From: Leidyana gryllorum EB-2025a
Taxonomy: Eukaryota; Protista; Apicomplexa
Assembly (NCBI GenBank): GCA_048772705.1
Contig: JBLWGC010000109.1
Location: 186,001 to 250,000 of the forward strand
DNA length: 64,000 nt
Reading direction: 5' to 3'
Below, one piece after another: positions 51,101 through 64,000 of this stretch. Made by a program: the position numbers and the translations under genes. The stretch's first letter is position 1. Each line of letters begins with the position of its first letter. Below the pieces are notes generated by a model. That model was not told where the DNA came from, did not search any database, and saw nothing but the letters and a program-made list of their open reading frames with translations.

Positions 51101-54100
51101 CCTTCTGATGGATTGACGACACAGCCAACCTCAATGAGTGCTCGGCAAACGACCTCGACCGCTCGCGAAGCTGGGACTGAAGTACCGCAGCCACTGACCA
51201 GATGCTGCAGGAAGCCGAAGATCCGATCGGGCATCTGTCCCGCGTGGAAGAGTTGCGCGGCGCCGATCTCTTTGATCATTTCGGCCGCCAGGTCCCACAT
51301 GAAAGAGACCATTTCGGGCGTAACACTTGAGAAGGTCTCGGACAGCGCGTCGAGTGCACGCGACAAGAAGTTGAGGCGCAGATCAGATTCTGCGGGCGTT
51401 GCATTGGAGTCATCACTGCTCGTTTCGGCTTTCTGCAACATCTGAAGAGTCCCGTGGATGTAGAGAGAGGTAAAGTTAATGAGCGCGGCGACAAGAGCAG
51501 AGTGTCGAGTGACATCGGCCACAGATTCCTCAGCAGTGGCGAGGCTTCGGACTTTCTTTCCAATGACAGATGCCAGCGTACTGACCATAGCGGTGCCCTC
51601 TATGAGTTCCATTTGGCGAACCAGTTGAAGCTGCGGAAGCATCGCATCCATCACCTTGAGCGCACTCTGCAGGTCATTGTTCGCTGTTAGCGCGACACTA
51701 AATCGATGTAGGAGCCATCCAACACGGGCACTGTCATCTCCGAAGCCTCTGAAGCTCAGATCGTGGAGATCTCTGGCTGCAGTTCGTTCCATCTTTGGCC
51801 AACACAGTTGAGCGATCAACTCGAAGACTTTCTCTTCTCCCAGGTTCTCCAGCTCTTTGTTCAGGAAAAAGTTGGATTGCTGCAAACAGCGTTGCACCGC
51901 TGTTGATGGGGAGTCGTCCGGGCTATCGATCATCGCGTGCCACATCAGACACCTCATAAAGAGCCCACAGGACTCTGTGTTCTCGTGGCTCCACAGCATC
52001 CAATCTCGGAGCATCTATGTGTTGGGTGTGTGTTTTGGCCCAACCAGGCAGTCTTACCGTTTCGAATGAGGAGCCCAGTTGGCGTGCCAATCGACGCAGA
52101 GTCTCAAACGTGCGCAGATGGAGTGTCTCGGAGTGTTCACGGTGCAGGAGGTCGCCTGCGTGTGCAGCCAGACGGAAGGACAGTATAGCTCGGGAGCTGG
52201 GTAGGCCTGTTGCAGCGGGTGTCATCTTTGGGTCTCTGGTGAGTATGAGGTCCATTGGGGTATTGTAGTCACCGGCTGCGAAACTTAGAAGTGAGACGGC
52301 TACGTATGCCTGCATCCTTGGACCAAGTCTACCCCTCAATAGATCGGCATTCGGACCTGCCATGGCGTCCCGTTTCTCTTGTAGAGCCAACAGGAGCTCC
52401 AGCAGGCCGCGTGCGATTGGTTGAAGTGCGCGGATATGCGGCTGAATGTGTGCGGCTTGGTGTGTGCAGCACAGGAGACGTGGGCTGCTGGAGGATTGGG
52501 CGCCGCTCGAGTCGTCCTCGGCGTGTCTCCACTCCCATCCGCACGATTTAGGATCGTTGATGACTGGTTTGAGCACAAGGATAGGAATTTCGCTGGCCGC
52601 TATGAGTGCCGCCTCCTGAATGACCTTAAGGCGTAAACGCTCAAGGAGCTCTGTGCTGTTTGACGTTTGCTTTGCGCTGCCAAGGAGTGCGATAGCCTCG
52701 GGACTGACCTTCTGTTGTGCAGCGGCGGTACTGTTTTGTTTGACCATTGTGGTGAGATGGAGCCATTGTCTGCTCCTGGCCCAGTTGGCTACGATGCCTT
52801 CACAGAGAGCCACGACGTTGCCGTCGGACGTTGCGGAGGTGGGACCCATTGGTTCTTCTTTGATTGTGACTTTGGCAGGGCTGATGGTGACGTCACTGGG
52901 CGCTGGGAAGCTGACGATGGGTTGGTCTCCCAGGAGTCCAACAACGGGCAATGTGATGGCCGGAGGGAGTTCAGAGGTACGGCGTTGGAAGTGTTGATTG
53001 AAGAGGGCTCTCGATCTGTTCAGGTCCGAAGCCACCGAAGGATAGGCTGATATTGGGGTGGCGACCCCGGAGGAGACGGTTTGAGGTGTTCCTTTGCCCG
53101 CGGCAGTTGGGGGTCGCACGGAGGATGGGTCAGCTCGGAGTTCCGGGGCCTCGCGCACCAGAACGGTGAGCTGCTGTACTCCACGGGCGAGAAGTTTGAC
53201 GGTGAAGAGGGCAGCGGGTGATTCGGAGTGAACAACGGCATCGAGCAATGGGGCATTGCCAATTAGGCCTTCGATGAGGAACTGAAGGGCGACAATTTGG
53301 CGTTTCTTGGAGGACGACGAAGAGTGATCTTCGGAGCACAACTGGGACACCAATAGATGCATTGTGAGAGCGAATTCTTCGGCGAAACAAATCAATCCCA
53401 GATATCGACCTTCCGCATCGCGGCTGGTCAGAATTTGGATCAGAAGATTGCAGGTTCTGCGAGAGTGGGAGAGTGACGGTATGTGTGAGGCGGAAAATTG
53501 AATCTCACCGGAGAATGATAGGGAGCGGCAGCATCACGAGACCCATTGTACCCGCGATCCGCAAAAGTGCATTGAGGAGATATTGACGGAAACAGTTCAT
53601 CAATGGAGTGGATACGACTGTAGACTCTTCTTCGCCGCCAAACAATTGTCCCACAATATACGACAGAACACTGAGTGCCATGAGACTTCCCGCGCCCCAC
53701 GTGTCATTGTCGGTGGAGTACAATGGCCCGCCTTCCAGGGCAGAGGGTTTGAAGGTCAGTATATCTACAAAGGCGTCTCTGGACATGCGGCCTTCCTTCT
53801 CGGCCTCTTTGGCCAAGACATCAACATCCTGAATCTTGGTGACTCGGGTCGCCAAACACGCCTCAACTTGTTGCACCAAGAGATATATCCATCCGACCAA
53901 AGGATCTGGAGAGGGCCCGAGTTCAGCATTCAGATCGCTTCCCCCGGGTGGGGTAGTGTGATCGGCCACCGTCTCAGCTGCGGCCGGAGCCGCACCCGAC
54001 TCCTCCTCCTTCTCGGTAGGGGTGACTTGGACGTTGTCTGGAGGCGCGTCTTGTTCTGCTGGAGGAGTTTGTTGGGGCTCAGTGTCAGTGTGGGGCTCAG

Positions 54101-55052
54101 ACTCGGAGTGATACTTGGTGGAAACATTCGCGGCCGCTGAACCACTCTTGTTAGAGAGCTCCGGGCAGATCTCATTGATGAGTTTGAGGGAGACTTGACC
54201 TTTCAATTCGGCGTTGGGCCAGTCCGGGTCAGCAGTGTGTTCCCGAATCAGTCTTTGCGAGAGGAGCTCGAGAGCTCCAGCAGCAATGCCTCGGGTATCG
54301 TCGGTGCTGGAGGGGTTACACGCAAAAAAGAACAGCAGTCGAGCGATGAGTTGCAGATCCGGAAGCGTACAGTATTGGATAGGGATAGCGGCACAGATAC
54401 AAACACACAGCTTGAACAGTTTCGAGTGTAGAGGGACCAAATCGGGTAATACCACTGCCTCCACAACACCGTTGGGGGGTTTGGTCAAGTGCAAGTTTCG
54501 GAAGAAATCGAATATCAGATGACAGGCATCTTCTGTCAGCCACTCAGACGTACGCGCGATACGCTCAACCAGCGACACAGCCGCGATCTGTACGCCCGCT
54601 AATTTAGGGTGAGACCGTTGCATAGATAGCGCCAGCGACAGGATCTCAGCTACCGGAGCTCCGGCTGGCGGATCTGCCTGTCTTGCCGACTCGACCTGCT
54701 CTATCACACGGTGGATACTTTGCATCACGGCGTTAGCCGCGGCCGACGCAGGGCGGAAACGGGGTACAGTCTCACGCCGACATGAGTCTTCAACATTCCT
54801 CAACAGAGTCTCCAGGTCGAGTAATGGCTTGGAGACGGATGTCGGGGTAACATCCCCAGCACCTCCTCCCTTCTCATTAGTCGTCATCGGACTCCGCCCC
54901 TCATTGCTGGAGATCTCTCCGTCTTCCATTATTTGCTGCAACGGAGAAGGTAGACTCGAGGGAGTGTTCGATTGAGCCGCCGACGCCTCCACGCCCTCAA
55001 TTTCAACAGCACCACCACCCAACGACTCCTTTGCAACTACAAGTCCTTCCAT
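48133..55052 (-). CDS. MON2-like large HEAT/ARM protein (DCB/HUS-type N-terminus)
   Basis: Helical N-terminal region (LLRNVEDSCRR..TRGIAAGALELL), and LQALALVWQVCD plus ADAPATRYAGAKSL resembling Mon2 C-terminal motifs. ORFs 53505, 51923, 50047, 48689, 48423 and 48133 are linked by short introns. No Sec7 catalytic motif seen. Confidence 0.6.
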
Positions 55053-55605
55053 CCAACCAATTTTATGCTCTCAGCTCACTCGCTGACCCCGCTAAATTCA
55101 ATATCATACACACCCTATCACACCAGATGTATATGACTGCCCGCTCCTACAATGGTCGTCTCCACACTCTGCCTCCTCCACATTCATGCAGTGTTTTGTC
55201 TTGCTCCTCCAATATTCACTGATGGAAGCATTGCCAGTGTTTGATCTACTGTATTCACGGTTCTTTGGTGTCACACACGTGTGTGCTCAACTTTCACAGC
55301 CCCTGTAGTACAGCTCACAGCTTGTGATTGAGGGCACCAACGGAAATTTCTGATTTAAAACGAACTAATCACGGGTAGATGACCAGATGGTGGCGACCGG
55401 TAGCAAAGCAGGACTAGTAGGCGTCCAAACCCCCCAAGCAAGTTAGTGATGCAGGTGGTCGTCTCACAGACACAACGGACTATACTATCGGTACCAAAAA
55501 TTTATTGTGGCCATCAACTGACCTCGAATTCTAATGTGCATTGAATTGGATTCGTCAGCTCACGTGTCGGTGTATGACTCGCTTCTAAGCAAATCTTTTG
55601 AGCAA

Positions 55606-55675
55606 ATGATGATAACATAAGCGCTCAGCAAGACCCGAAATGGGCTCTAATGGCTGCTTTAGGCATTTGGACTGA
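55606..55675 (+). ncRNA. Box C/D snoRNA copy 1 (snR13/U15-like LSU guide)
   Basis: ATGATGA ... AGGCATTTGG-A-CTGA; the guide is antisense to conserved LSU CCAAAUGCCU. Confidence 0.8.
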
Positions 55676-55753
55676 CTACTACTACTACTACTACGACCAC
55701 CACTACGTATCATGTGTGGGTTATTCAGTGAATTTACATTGCTTGCTCCTCAA

Positions 55754-55823
55754 ATGATGATATCATAAGCGCTCAGCAAGACCCAAATTGGGCTCTAATG
55801 GCTGTTTTAGGCATTTGGACTGA
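55754..55823 (+). ncRNA. Box C/D snoRNA copy 2
   Basis: Same C box, internal hairpin, guide and D box as copy 1. Confidence 0.8.
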
Positions 55824-55901
55824 CCACTATCACTATCACTACTACTACTACGTATCATTTGCAGATGCTTGATGGAACGTGTTTGGCTCGCTCCCCCTCA
55901 A

Positions 55902-55971
55902 ATGATGAGATCATAAGCGCTCAGCAAGACCCAAATTGGGATCTAATGGCTGTTTTAGGCATTTGGACTGA
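55902..55971 (+). ncRNA. Box C/D snoRNA copy 3
   Basis: Same C box, guide and D box; bulge variant gggatct. Confidence 0.8.
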
Positions 55972-56046
55972 CGACAACTACTATCACTACTACTACGTAG
56001 CATTTGCAGGTGCTCAATTGAATGTCTGTGGCTCGCTCTTCCTCAA

Positions 56047-56116
56047 ATGATGATGGCATAAGCGCTCAGCAAGACCCACAATGGGCTCTAATGGCTGCTT
56101 TTGGCATTTGGACTGA
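56047..56116 (+). ncRNA. Box C/D snoRNA copy 4
   Basis: Same boxes; guide GGCATTTGG (9 bp); flanking gtggctcgc/gcgggtcac can form an external stem. Confidence 0.75.
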
Positions 56117-56386
56117 ACAATACATATATTGTCTTGCGGGTCACGCTCGTTTACCGTTGTCCTGTGAGTTGTTGGTGTCTTGAGCCTTAGCAGCAGCAAG
56201 TTTGTGTCTCCCATGGTGGTCTGTGTGGTGTTGCCTTCCTTTTGGTCTCCAGTTCAGGTTTGATTCGCTTGTGGACATAAGTGATTTGATCATTTCTCAG
56301 AGAGCGTTTATGGGGTCGCTTTAGGCGTTTGTATTGTGTCTTTGCTGCAGTGCTCAATCGATGAGTGGGTAGAAGGTACAGCTCTG

Positions 56387-57297
56387 TCACATAGAGTCCT
56401 GGTCTGCATTGGGATCTGGATACATTTGTTTCAATAACTTTCCTAGAGATGCTTTCAGTACCCGATTCTCCTCCTTGAGGGCTTCGACACTCGCAGCGCT
56501 TGCAGCGGCCTCTCGGGCCCGCTGCTCCAGCTCAGACAGCCGCAGTTGAGCGCGCGCCAGCTCGGCCCTTAGCTGTTTAGGACTCGTTTGGAGGGGGGAC
56601 CACGGAGGGGTGGGCGAGGCAGCTCACCTTTTGACACTCTTCCTCCAACACAGCGATTCGTTGTAGGAACATTGTCTTCTCATGGGCCCATCGCTTTTGA
56701 GCCCAGGCGAGCGTCTCGGATTCCTTGGGAGGGGCAGCGGCGGGAGCAGTGGGAAGTTGATCGGCTACTTGGGCAGAGATGGGATCTGGACGGGGTGAAG
56801 GAGGAGCGGCTCGAGAGTTTCCAAGTAACATCGGATTGTTGAGCAGAGGGTTAGATGATGAATTCTTTGTTCGTGGCGATTCATTGATTCTGGGCGTTTC
56901 ATTGACTCTGGCCAATTCCACGAACTCCTTCACTGGGGAATCCACATATTCCGTCAAAGGCACAGATCGCTGCTGCCTGACAAATGAGTCTACAGTACTG
57001 GCGGCCAAGCCTGTCTGTTTGGACGAGGGGGATAAATGGGGTTCCACCTTCGTCATTGTGGTCGTTACGCCTTCTCCAAGGGTCAAGAAGATATCTGGAT
57101 CCGAAACATGACTCACGTCATCCTTGGGCAGACACTCCTCCGGAGGCACTTTTGTGCCACAGTTCTCTCCATCCGGTGGCACCTCCGCATCCAGTGGGTC
57201 CTGGAGGGCCTATCACCAACATTCCACAGATCACACCCTCACTTCTCCCCCTTACCAACCCAATCTCTTTGACAGCGGCAGATAATACTCTCCACAT
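56387..57297 (-). CDS. Hypothetical protein with C-terminal coiled coil
   Basis: ATG 57297 MWRVLSAAVKEIGL, intron, ALQDPLDAEVPP..EEECQK, intron, LRAELARAQLRLSELEQRAREAA..DQDSM stop. Confidence 0.65.
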
Positions 57298-57322
57298 TAG
57301 TCAAACATCATTTTTTATAGAG

Positions 57323-60300
57323 ATGCCCCCAGCTGAAGTATGTCGATTCTTCCTCTCCCGCAATGGATGCCGGAACGGAAACGACTGTCCCTTTCAACAC
57401 ATAACGAGACCTGATGCGGCTGACTCGACCACTGGCGGCCCGGCACGCCCTCGGACAACCGCTCCTGACCGAAGGCCGCCCCGCAGAAATCACCCTCGGC
57501 CGCCTACAGATAACGCCCCCCCAGAGCGAAACGAGGGAACCCCCCCGGAAGCTTCTGCTGCTGCTACTGCTACTGGCCCCGCCCCTGACCAACGTCCCAG
57601 GAGACCTCCCCCGCCCAGACCACACCGGCAAGACGCTCATCCTCACCAAACTTCTTCCAGCAACACCGCGCCCCCCAGGAGGAGGAGGCCGCAAGCACCT
57701 CAAGATGGCGCCGCTTACCCAGCAGCGCCGGCTGACTGTCATCAGGCTGATCAGCCCAACGACGCTCGGCCTCCTCCCCACAATAGGGGAACTCGAGGGG
57801 GAGCAGACCGGCCGAGAGGCGGCCGGGGCCGTGGGCGAGGCCGGAACGCTTTCAGTGGGCATCCCTTGACCGAAGGGAGCCAAATGATCAATGGTGCTGC
57901 TGGGGGCGGTCCGCAGACGCCCCACAGAGGGGGGCGCGGTGGGAGAGCGCAACAAAGAGGCAAAGGTGACTTCCCCGGGCGCGATGCTGGCGGCTACGGC
58001 CCGCCCAGAGGCGGAGGGCGCAATCAACGAGGTCGCCATCGTAGACCTGGGATGCGACGTCCGCCCCATCGGGACAACGGCAGTGACTCTGGGAGCGAAA
58101 TCGATATGGGACCCAAACCAATTAGTCTGTCAGACCACGAAGAAGACGGGGAGGCCGCGGGATCGCAGAGCGTCGAGAGCGGAGAGTCCCCTCGAATCCA
58201 ACGCCCAGTTGAACGCGGCCCGCGAACGGTCTCAGCGGTCACTTGGGAATTCAATTGGACAAAAGAAGCCACCGCCCTTTCCCAACTGTTCGGGCTCACA
58301 ATCGAATCAGAGCCGGCCACCACCACCGCCGACACTCAATCCGCTTCCGCTTCCACTTCCACATACCTCAAAGGCAGCTTGAAGCCAACGGATCCTGATA
58401 TACCGGACACCCGTGTCCCTCATGGCATATTCATTCGGATTGCTGTGCCGACTGAATACACAGAGAGGGGACAAAACTCAACTCAACTGCCTCAACTTGA
58501 GGTCACTGACGATGAATTCTCCCCGGCGTTCCAAAACTGTCTCATTGCGCAGTTTGATCAAATCATCAGAACTGTTTCGGAGGGCCGACCCATATACAAT
58601 ACCCTCAAACAACTTGACACTTTGTTCGCCGCACTGCTGACCGATGAGGATCGCCGAATGGCCGTCCCCAGAGGGGACAAAACCGAAGAGTGGTCCACCA
58701 TCGAGAAACGGCTGCTGAGCAACGCTCTCATCTACTTTGCCAAAGTCAAAGACGTCAAGACTAAATGGGAACACGTCTCCGCCTACGTCAGTAGTCGAAC
58801 GCCCGCCGAGTGCTGGAAGGCATTTTCGGCCGCTCGGTCGGCCGCAAAACTCCGCCAGGCGATCATTGAGGGCGATCCCGCCCTCAATGCCGTCGACACT
58901 GGAGTAGAGGACGGTGTCAAAGACACTGACACCGAGAAGGCAGATCACAAGTCCGCGACCGAAGAAGACGATGCTCAATCGCATCCCGCACACGACGTTC
59001 AAGAGGCTACCGAAAGTGAAGGAGGAGAGAAGATCTCTAGCGACGAAGGGGAAGACGAAGGCGAAGAGGAGGAAGAAGAAGAAGATTCTGATTCCTCAGA
59101 GGCCGTTGACCATGACGAAGGCAGCGAAAGTGAAGGACCTGAGCACGATGGGAGAGGACCGGTGCCTCAAGGGGCACCCTCCGACGCCATGCCTCAATTT
59201 GGTCAGGCCGTTGTTCTCCGAGGCTTAGCGATGGAGGGACTCGGTGTCCTAAGATTGGCACAAGCAAAGTAAGTCAGAACATCTGTGCTGGCTGGACGGA
59301 CCACTTCACCTATGTGTGTATCGCAGATTGATCGGTGCGTGCTCACGTTGTGGAAAGAAAGCGGACCTGGTGGTCAACGCTCCTCCCCCTGGACGTCAGT
59401 TCGGTGAGTGATATGACAATGTCGAGCGAGTAGCCACTTTGAGTGACCTCTCTGCAGCTGCGATGTGGAACTGTGATAACTGTCACTGCGGCATCAAGTA
59501 CTCCTTCCATCCCCAGTTCGCTCATGGGCAGGGGGGATCTCTAGGAAAGTTCCTCATATACGGAGGCACGTTGAGTGACATCCTTCCCTCCGACTACATT
59601 GGAACTTGTCTATCATGCAATGCCAGTATCCGATATCCGGGCGTGTACACAGGTGTCAAGAAGAACAATGTGTGCCGCCATTGCTACAAGAAGACCACCC
59701 TGCTGTTCGATGCGATTATGCTGGAAGGTAGTCAACCTAACGAACTGGCGCGAGTAGCAGGTGTCGCTAAGAAGCCAAAGATGGAACGGCTGAACTTAGT
59801 CGTTGGGCAACCACTGCCAAAGAATGGCGCGTGTTCGCATTATAAGAAATCATTTAGGTGGTTCAGGTTCCAATGTTGCGGCAAGGTGAGCTCGATACTG
59901 AATGGGACGAGAGCCTTTCGCTCCATCTCAATATTTGTCCTTATCCGGCCCAAATCTGTGATCTTTGGCGCACGTTGCCCCATCATCTGGAGTGTGTGTC
60001 GCCGTGTGTGTCTCTGGGTGTGGTTCCGGCGGCGATTTGCGGGCGTCAAGTTTTACTTTCTTTGAATATGGTATTGATTTGGTCAGACATTCCCGTGCGA
60101 TACTTGTCACGATTTGGCGAGCGACCACAAATGTGAGTTGGCTACCCGAATGGTGTGTGGCTTGTGCTCGCGGGAGCAGCCGGCTCAAAACAAGGTGTGT
60201 CAATGCGGGTCTGCGGTGACTGCTGCGAAGAGTACACATTGGGAGGTGAGTTTATTTTGGTTGGGATGGTGGGTCAGTTGTTCTTATTACACAATCCAGG

Positions 60301-60434
60301 GAGGGAAAGGTTGTCGCGATGCACGGCAAATGTCGCGCAAGGACGACAAAAAGTACAAGCTTCTCTCTCGCCAGGCTCAGGAGGCGAGCAAGCGCGCAGC
60401 CTCTAAGAAGAGTGCTGCATCCAAAAAGAGCTAG
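57323..60434 (+). CDS. CCCH zinc finger + RGG region + SANT/Myb-like + CHY zinc finger protein
   Basis: CRFFLSRNGCRNGNDCPFQH; RGG repeats; EWSTIEKRLL..KWEHVSAYVSSRTPAEC; CSHYKKSFRWFRFQCCGK-TFPCDTCHD..RMVCGLCSREQ..WEGGKGCRD..MSRKD. Confidence 0.85.
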
Positions 60435-60455
60435 AGTCTTGCGGTCCACCATCAG

Positions 60456-62572
<2,117 letters not shown>

Positions 62573-62638
62573 TGATTGGGTTGGAAAAATTTGGATCGTC
62601 AATGGGAGGAGGCGGGATGATGGAAAAATTCTCAGTCA

Positions 62639-64000
62639 ATGCCCCCCAAATCGGCTCCGCGGAGCGGCACTAGACGCCGACGCGGCGGGAACCACCACCA
62701 CAATAATAAGAAGGGATCCTTATCGAGTCCCCTTTCGAGTGACAAACGTCGGATTGACAAGGTGAACGATGAGACTTTTGGTACCACAGATGACATGTGG
62801 AATGGTATGGACTGGCAACCGGAAGATAAACTGGTAGCCGAGTTTGAAGAGTTCAAATTACGGCAAAGATACAGCAGCCATCACGAGCAGATGCGACGAG
62901 CGCCTTCGCCGCCGCCGGCCAGCGACCCGTTGGCGCAGTTGGCCGGTCGTCTGGATCAGGAGGACATCTTCCGAGGTTGGTCGAGCGCGATCGAAACGTG
63001 TGTGGGGGGGGGCGGAGAGGTAGGTTATTCTTCCATCCACCCCCTCCCGCCGCGTTATCGGGAAGCTGTTCACAGTGCGTTTCCTCGTCTTCATCAGCAA
63101 CCGAGTTTAGAACAGCAGGTGCCGCCGTCTACTGCGCCCCCATTGTTTGCCCGATCACAGCCCGTGTCTCCCAGCGGTGGAGGGCCAACAAGTTCATCAT
63201 CTGCAGTGGGGCGTGCCTATCATGCTGCTGCTGCTGCTGCTACGAATCATAATAATAATAATAATAGTCCTCATCATCCTACGCATCCTTCTTACAATGT
63301 GAATCACTCTCACCACTCATTAATGAGCCCGCAGCAGCAGCACCACCACTCTCGGCAAGCGTACGTCGTATCGTCGCCGTCGCCGACGACGCACTGTGGT
63401 CGAGTGGCGGCGTGTGGAGGTGGTTCTCCGACCGGCGGTGCTCTGTTGTCTCCGCTGACGAAGGCTCACCGTCAGCAAGTTATAGAGACGGGAGCGAGTA
63501 TTCCGCCAGGTTGGCTGACAGCGAGTGATTTGCAGCCTGGAGAGAATGGGCGAACTTGGATGACGAATTCTGAGGTGGACGCAGTGTTGCGTACTCAACT
63601 GAACCTGATGGAGAGAGCGAATCAAGCTCTTACCCGACCCCAGACTATAAAGCTGTCGAATGAGCAGCAGCTATCAGCTGAAGATCCGCCTTCGGCTGGT
63701 AGCAATTCATTTGGACGAGGGAGTTATTCATCTGCGCGAGGGCCGCGGGAGGCCTTGGATGTTGAAATTGGAGCCATGCACACTTCTGTTTCGCCCCCTA
63801 CTGCTGGTTCACCGTCACCTCCTCTGTGTGATCACCGATTGGCTGCCTCGCCGCCGCCCTCTGCCTCTGCATCTCCGCAATCAATGGTGGACTATGGCGG
63901 AAGTCTGTGTACCTGTGATGTGAACGGATATCTCGGGGCCGACTTTTCGGGTGTGGAATGCGAAGGTCGGACCAACAACTCGTGTTTGAGGACAAATGCG
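62639..64000 (+). CDS. PAT1-like mRNA decapping/P-body scaffold, 5' part (runs off right edge)
   Basis: ATG 62639 opens a frame with no listed stop before the window end. It contains VNDETFG and WMTNSEVDAVLRTQLNLM, resembling the Pat1 N-terminal and Mid-domain motifs, separated by a P/Q/H/N-rich region. Confidence 0.7.
   Translation, partial: MPPKSAPRSGTRRRRGGNHHHNNKKGSLSSPLSSDKRRIDKVNDETFGTTDDMWNGMDWQPEDKLVAEFEEFKLRQRYSSHHEQMRRAPSPPPASDPLAQLAGRLDQEDIFRGWSSAIETCVGGGGEVGYSSIHPLPPRYREAVHSAFPRLHQQPSLEQQVPPSTAPPLFARSQPVSPSGGGPTSSSSAVGRAYHAAAAAATNHNNNNNSPHHPTHPSYNVNHSHHSLMSPQQQHHHSRQAYVVSSPSPTTHCGRVAACGGGSPTGGALLSPLTKAHRQQVIETGASIPPGWLTASDLQPGENGRTWMTNSEVDAVLRTQLNLMERANQALTRPQTIKLSNEQQLSAEDPPSAGSNSFGRGSYSSARGPREALDVEIGAMHTSVSPPTAGSPSPPLCDHRLAASPPPSASASPQSMVDYGGSLCTCDVNGYLGADFSGVECEGRTNNSCLRTNA

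Noticed and set aside
55780-55810. Minus-strand AGCCATTAGAGCCCAA resembling the dinoflagellate/Perkinsus spliced leader
   Set aside because: Only a partial match, with no AG|GT donor after it. The + strand snoRNA reading fits better.
55606-56116. Repeat-spacer array resembling CRISPR
   Set aside because: Repeats are ~70 nt, spacers are related to each other and microsatellite-rich, there are no cas genes and the genome is eukaryotic. C/D boxes and rRNA complementarity explain it better.
56984-57322. 5' extension of the 762-aa ORF overlapping the opposite gene
   Set aside because: It is antisense to the coiled-coil gene. The CCCH finger begins right after ATG 57323, the more likely start.

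Overview
Gene-dense eukaryotic DNA, roughly mid-50s % GC by eye, with many short (mostly ~40-55 nt) GT-AG spliceosomal introns and very short intergenic gaps. A clear ARO (armadillo-repeats-only, rhoptry-positioning) orthologue indicates an apicomplexan or close relative; a gregarine-like compact genome is plausible but is inference. About 20 protein genes were modelled by hand-splicing the ORF fragments: NAT10/Kre33 (partial), cytosolic IleRS, a PH-OSBP protein, an MSH2-like protein, NOL6/Utp22, a coilin-like/La-motif protein, a NAK-family kinase, a DFD-type CAMK kinase, a ~2,200-aa low-complexity protein, a UIM protein, a large predicted GPI-anchored surface protein, ARO, a triple IRG-like GTPase, MON2-like, a coiled-coil protein, a CCCH-SANT-CHY protein, CTP synthase and PAT1-like (partial). 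The most notable items are: (1) one gene with three tandem, differently degenerated IRG/IIGP-like GTPase domains; (2) a four-copy tandem box C/D snoRNA array antisense to the LSU rRNA CCAAAUGCCU segment; (3) a candidate coilin-N + Tudor-like + La-motif fusion; (4) head-to-head gene pairs only 25-66 nt apart with A/T tracts; (5) a frame-required 4-nt micro-exon in ARO. No prokaryotic features, CRISPR, tRNA, rRNA or mobile element were found. All family calls come from remembered motifs; no database search was run.
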